A stretch of DNA of 63,950 nucleotides, filler included, from Basidiobolus ranarum (Eukaryota), in the NCBI GenBank assembly GCA_040143965.1. It is 9 parts of 9 records of this genome, joined end to end, with 100 filler letters (N's around TTAATTAATTAA, not from the genome) between each part and the next. Parts side by side here need not be neighbours in the genome. Positions count along the whole stretch, not along the records: positions 56,962 to 63,950 come from JASJQH010008072.1; 8 more parts are not named here. One strand, given 5' to 3'. Positions 61,365-63,950 of the stretch are shown here, one piece after another. Each line of letters opens with the position of its first letter. Position 1 is the stretch's first letter. A program made the position numbers and the translations under genes. Below the pieces are notes generated by a model. The model was not told the origin of the DNA. It did not search any database and saw only the letters and a list, made by a program, of their open reading frames with translations.

Positions 61365-63950
61365 GTCACAGTTTACTCAATACTACCCAGGTTATTTACA
61401 CTATTTTGTGACACCGATTTTTTTCTGTAACTGCGTCACATATATCCAAAAATCTGATCTATGATTTAAGTATTATCTATACTGTTCAGTAATCGTACCT
61501 AGTCACGTTAACCAAGTAGAAGTGGTAAATTTTTGCAAACTTGGGCAGAGTTTGGGAATGGTGCCTCGTCCTTAGATTATTTCTAATAAAATACCCTCAG
61601 TGAAGCCTGTAATATTATTATCCATTACTAATCTCTATCCTGAAATAACAAACGACAACAGGAAACCAATTCTATATCATGATATCCAGCTTTACTACAT
61701 GGTAGAAATCCCATTGTTGTAGATAACTATGAGAAAAGCATCTTAAGGAATAGTTGGAAACAGAGGAGAACATACTCTAGGGAAGTGAAATATATCAGCA
61801 CCAATTTGTGATTCTAATATAAATATATGTGATTCAATGTGCAAATTCTAAATCTAGATAATTGTATTGGTAATTCTATTCATGCTAGTTGTTAGTTGAC
61901 AATGCATTATAGTGTAGAAGAAATAACACTACAATGTTGCTCATTATCACCAAACATTCATAACAGGTAGCCATTTGATCTTGGAACTCATCAACAATAT
62001 ACTAATTATTAAATATTTGGCATTCATTATGTCAGAGCATCATTCTTTACAATCATCAACCAAAGGTTGTTGAGCAAGTTTCAAGCCGTGAGGAGAGTTC
62101 ACTGATTTTACAGGCTTTTACTTAGTAATGCGATGAATGTCGAATCATTGACTGGATAATATTATTGCTATCATCATGATAAGTCATTATGCTTTCCAAC
62201 TACCGTATCATAAATCCTAGTGACACTATTCGACCTGAAAGGAAAGATCGTCAAAGAACATCTCGCCAAAATCTTTGCGAATATCCAAATATATATACAT
62301 ACACAGGACACTGCATAGTTACAAAATGCGAACATAAGCAAATTTGAGGAATTTATCCAATTTCTATAATTAGCAGTACTCCGAAGTCAGTATTACTTGT
62401 TCTTTTTGTTTGCTTCAACTATGAACACAGCATAGAGAGGTTACCGATGTTTCATTATTGTTACCAAGTGCCAATGAATAAAGTTCAATCCTCTAATTAA
62501 TTCGACTTCTGTAACGAAGTCATCATAAACCTGTATCTTCAGGATTATGGAAATCTACATTGGTGGGGCGGTGTAGCCTGTATTAATTAACAGGTTTCGA
62601 CAAAGAGGGTGCGTGGAAACTTTTCGATGTTTGACAGACTCCTTATCTTCCCCAGGAATCCTGCTCTCCCCCAATCTCGGAAAAAACCCAGGGTGAATGA
62701 TGCTTATCAGGTTTGAAATTCAACCCGACGCCATAACGTAAAGCAGTATAACATATGACAACAGAGCTACCTCCGGCCGCAGAGCATCAATCTCACATGA
62801 GAACATTAACACAATCCGAGTACAGTGTGATAGTAATAAGAGGTTATGGTGTTTTTGTAGATCGGACATAGGAATCAGCAGGCAACCTTTGAACATTGGT
62901 CAATCTGCAGTGCGATATATAGGGCACGTAGAATTGGGTTGGTAATCAGAGTAGGTTCTCTCATTCATTCATCCTGTTACACCGCATCATTATCGCTTGA
63001 GTTAATTTTGAAGGAGGTGGAGGAATTCCATCATCCCGTAGGGCTGTAGCGAATCATGTCTTTACGCTTAGGTGAACAGACACTGCCATTTGCTTTGTTC
63101 CATTTGGTGATTGCCTTTACTTCCGAATTTGGTTGGTGGAGAGATTGCGAGATTCATGCAAAGATTGGTGGATTAATATGGAATGATCACATCTTTGAGG
63201 AGTGAACATGTGAGGAGGAACACATAATTACAGCTAAAAAAATCATATTGCTTTCCTAGATTTCTTGGAGTAATCGTAATAAGAAGTCATATGATTATTT
63301 TAGGCCATACATCACCGGTCAAGTGTCAATGAGCTGCAAAGGGGTTTCATTAAGTTTTGAGATGCTAGTATCCGGACCATGTCTACCCAAGGACAACAAA
63401 AGCAGTGCTAAAATGATGACTGTTTTCCCAACAAATGGCTGTCGCAGTGAGAATAGATATTCATCCAATGCGGAATTCAGCTACTACAAAGCACACTTTA
63501 GCACAGATGATACGAACCCAAATAAGTGACTCTGGTGTACCGTGATGACAACTAGGCTTCCGTTCGAATCCTATGAGTTGGGAATTGGTGTGATGTTTTG
63601 AATAGATATCCGTGTAGCCTTCTCTCCCGTGCAATTGTTACCCATTCTGATCTTTGGGATCCTTGTGAATGCTTCACTTCAGAAGAGCATACTTGCCAAT
63701 AGTTCTCATGTCATCACTCTTTTCCAAATAGAACTTCACGTATAAAATCATCTTGGCGTGAATAGAGATTTGATGTTACTAAAAGAGAAAGCCCCATCCA
63801 TTTGAATTTCGTATTCTAAATTATACACCCATGCCACTTTGGGATTTAACTGACTAAGGTATAATCTGATCTTCTTGAATGCCTAATATGGACAAACTCT
63901 CGGTTATTAATGACTCAAGCTCTCACGCCATACATATTGCGAAGGTATTT

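Noticed and set aside
62500-63950. Coding-like composition with a faint cyclin-like segment on the minus strand
   Set aside because: Multiple stops and no convincing motif; cannot be supported without a profile search.

Overview
Eukaryotic (fungal) DNA with short spliceosomal introns. The gene set, AT-richness and intron style suggest an early-diverging fungus (Zoopagomycota/Mucoromycota-like); this is inference only. The window is not contiguous genome. It is nine separate ~7 kb contigs (7044, 7041, 7037, 7026, 7012, 7003, 7001, 6997, 6989 bp, sorted by length) joined by artificial 100-bp N44-TTAATTAATTAA-N44 linkers, so synteny across linkers means nothing. Housekeeping and regulatory genes: clathrin heavy chain (3' part), CK2 alpha, a Gti1/Pac2 (WOPR) factor, a MADS-box factor, PEX19, SHMT (5' part), G-protein beta (3' end), SWD1/RBBP5, a TDG/MUG glycosylase, two ABCB/MDR transporter fragments, an NmrA-like oxidoreductase, a CxxS thioredoxin, an AGTRAP-like membrane protein and a CBM5/12 tail. 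Accessory content: (i) a tandem array of at least 8 small secreted proteins of an unrecognised family; (ii) a tandem trio of divergent HSF-domain genes, with a Tc1 deletion derivative whose empty site is visible in a paralogous unit; (iii) two ~90-aa proteins sharing a C-terminal PxF[ED][ED]xL-x4-TxRxxLTP motif; (iv) a small protein with a PKI-like RRNAI motif; (v) an almost CpG-free contig of TE relics (Gypsy-like gag-protease, Harbinger/IS5-like transposase end, two inverted copies of an unknown gene); (vi) a CpG-deaminated, intronless PrimPol/AEP primase relic with a divergent partner ORF, possibly an endogenised viral or mobile replicon; (vii) an ~820-bp foldback element.
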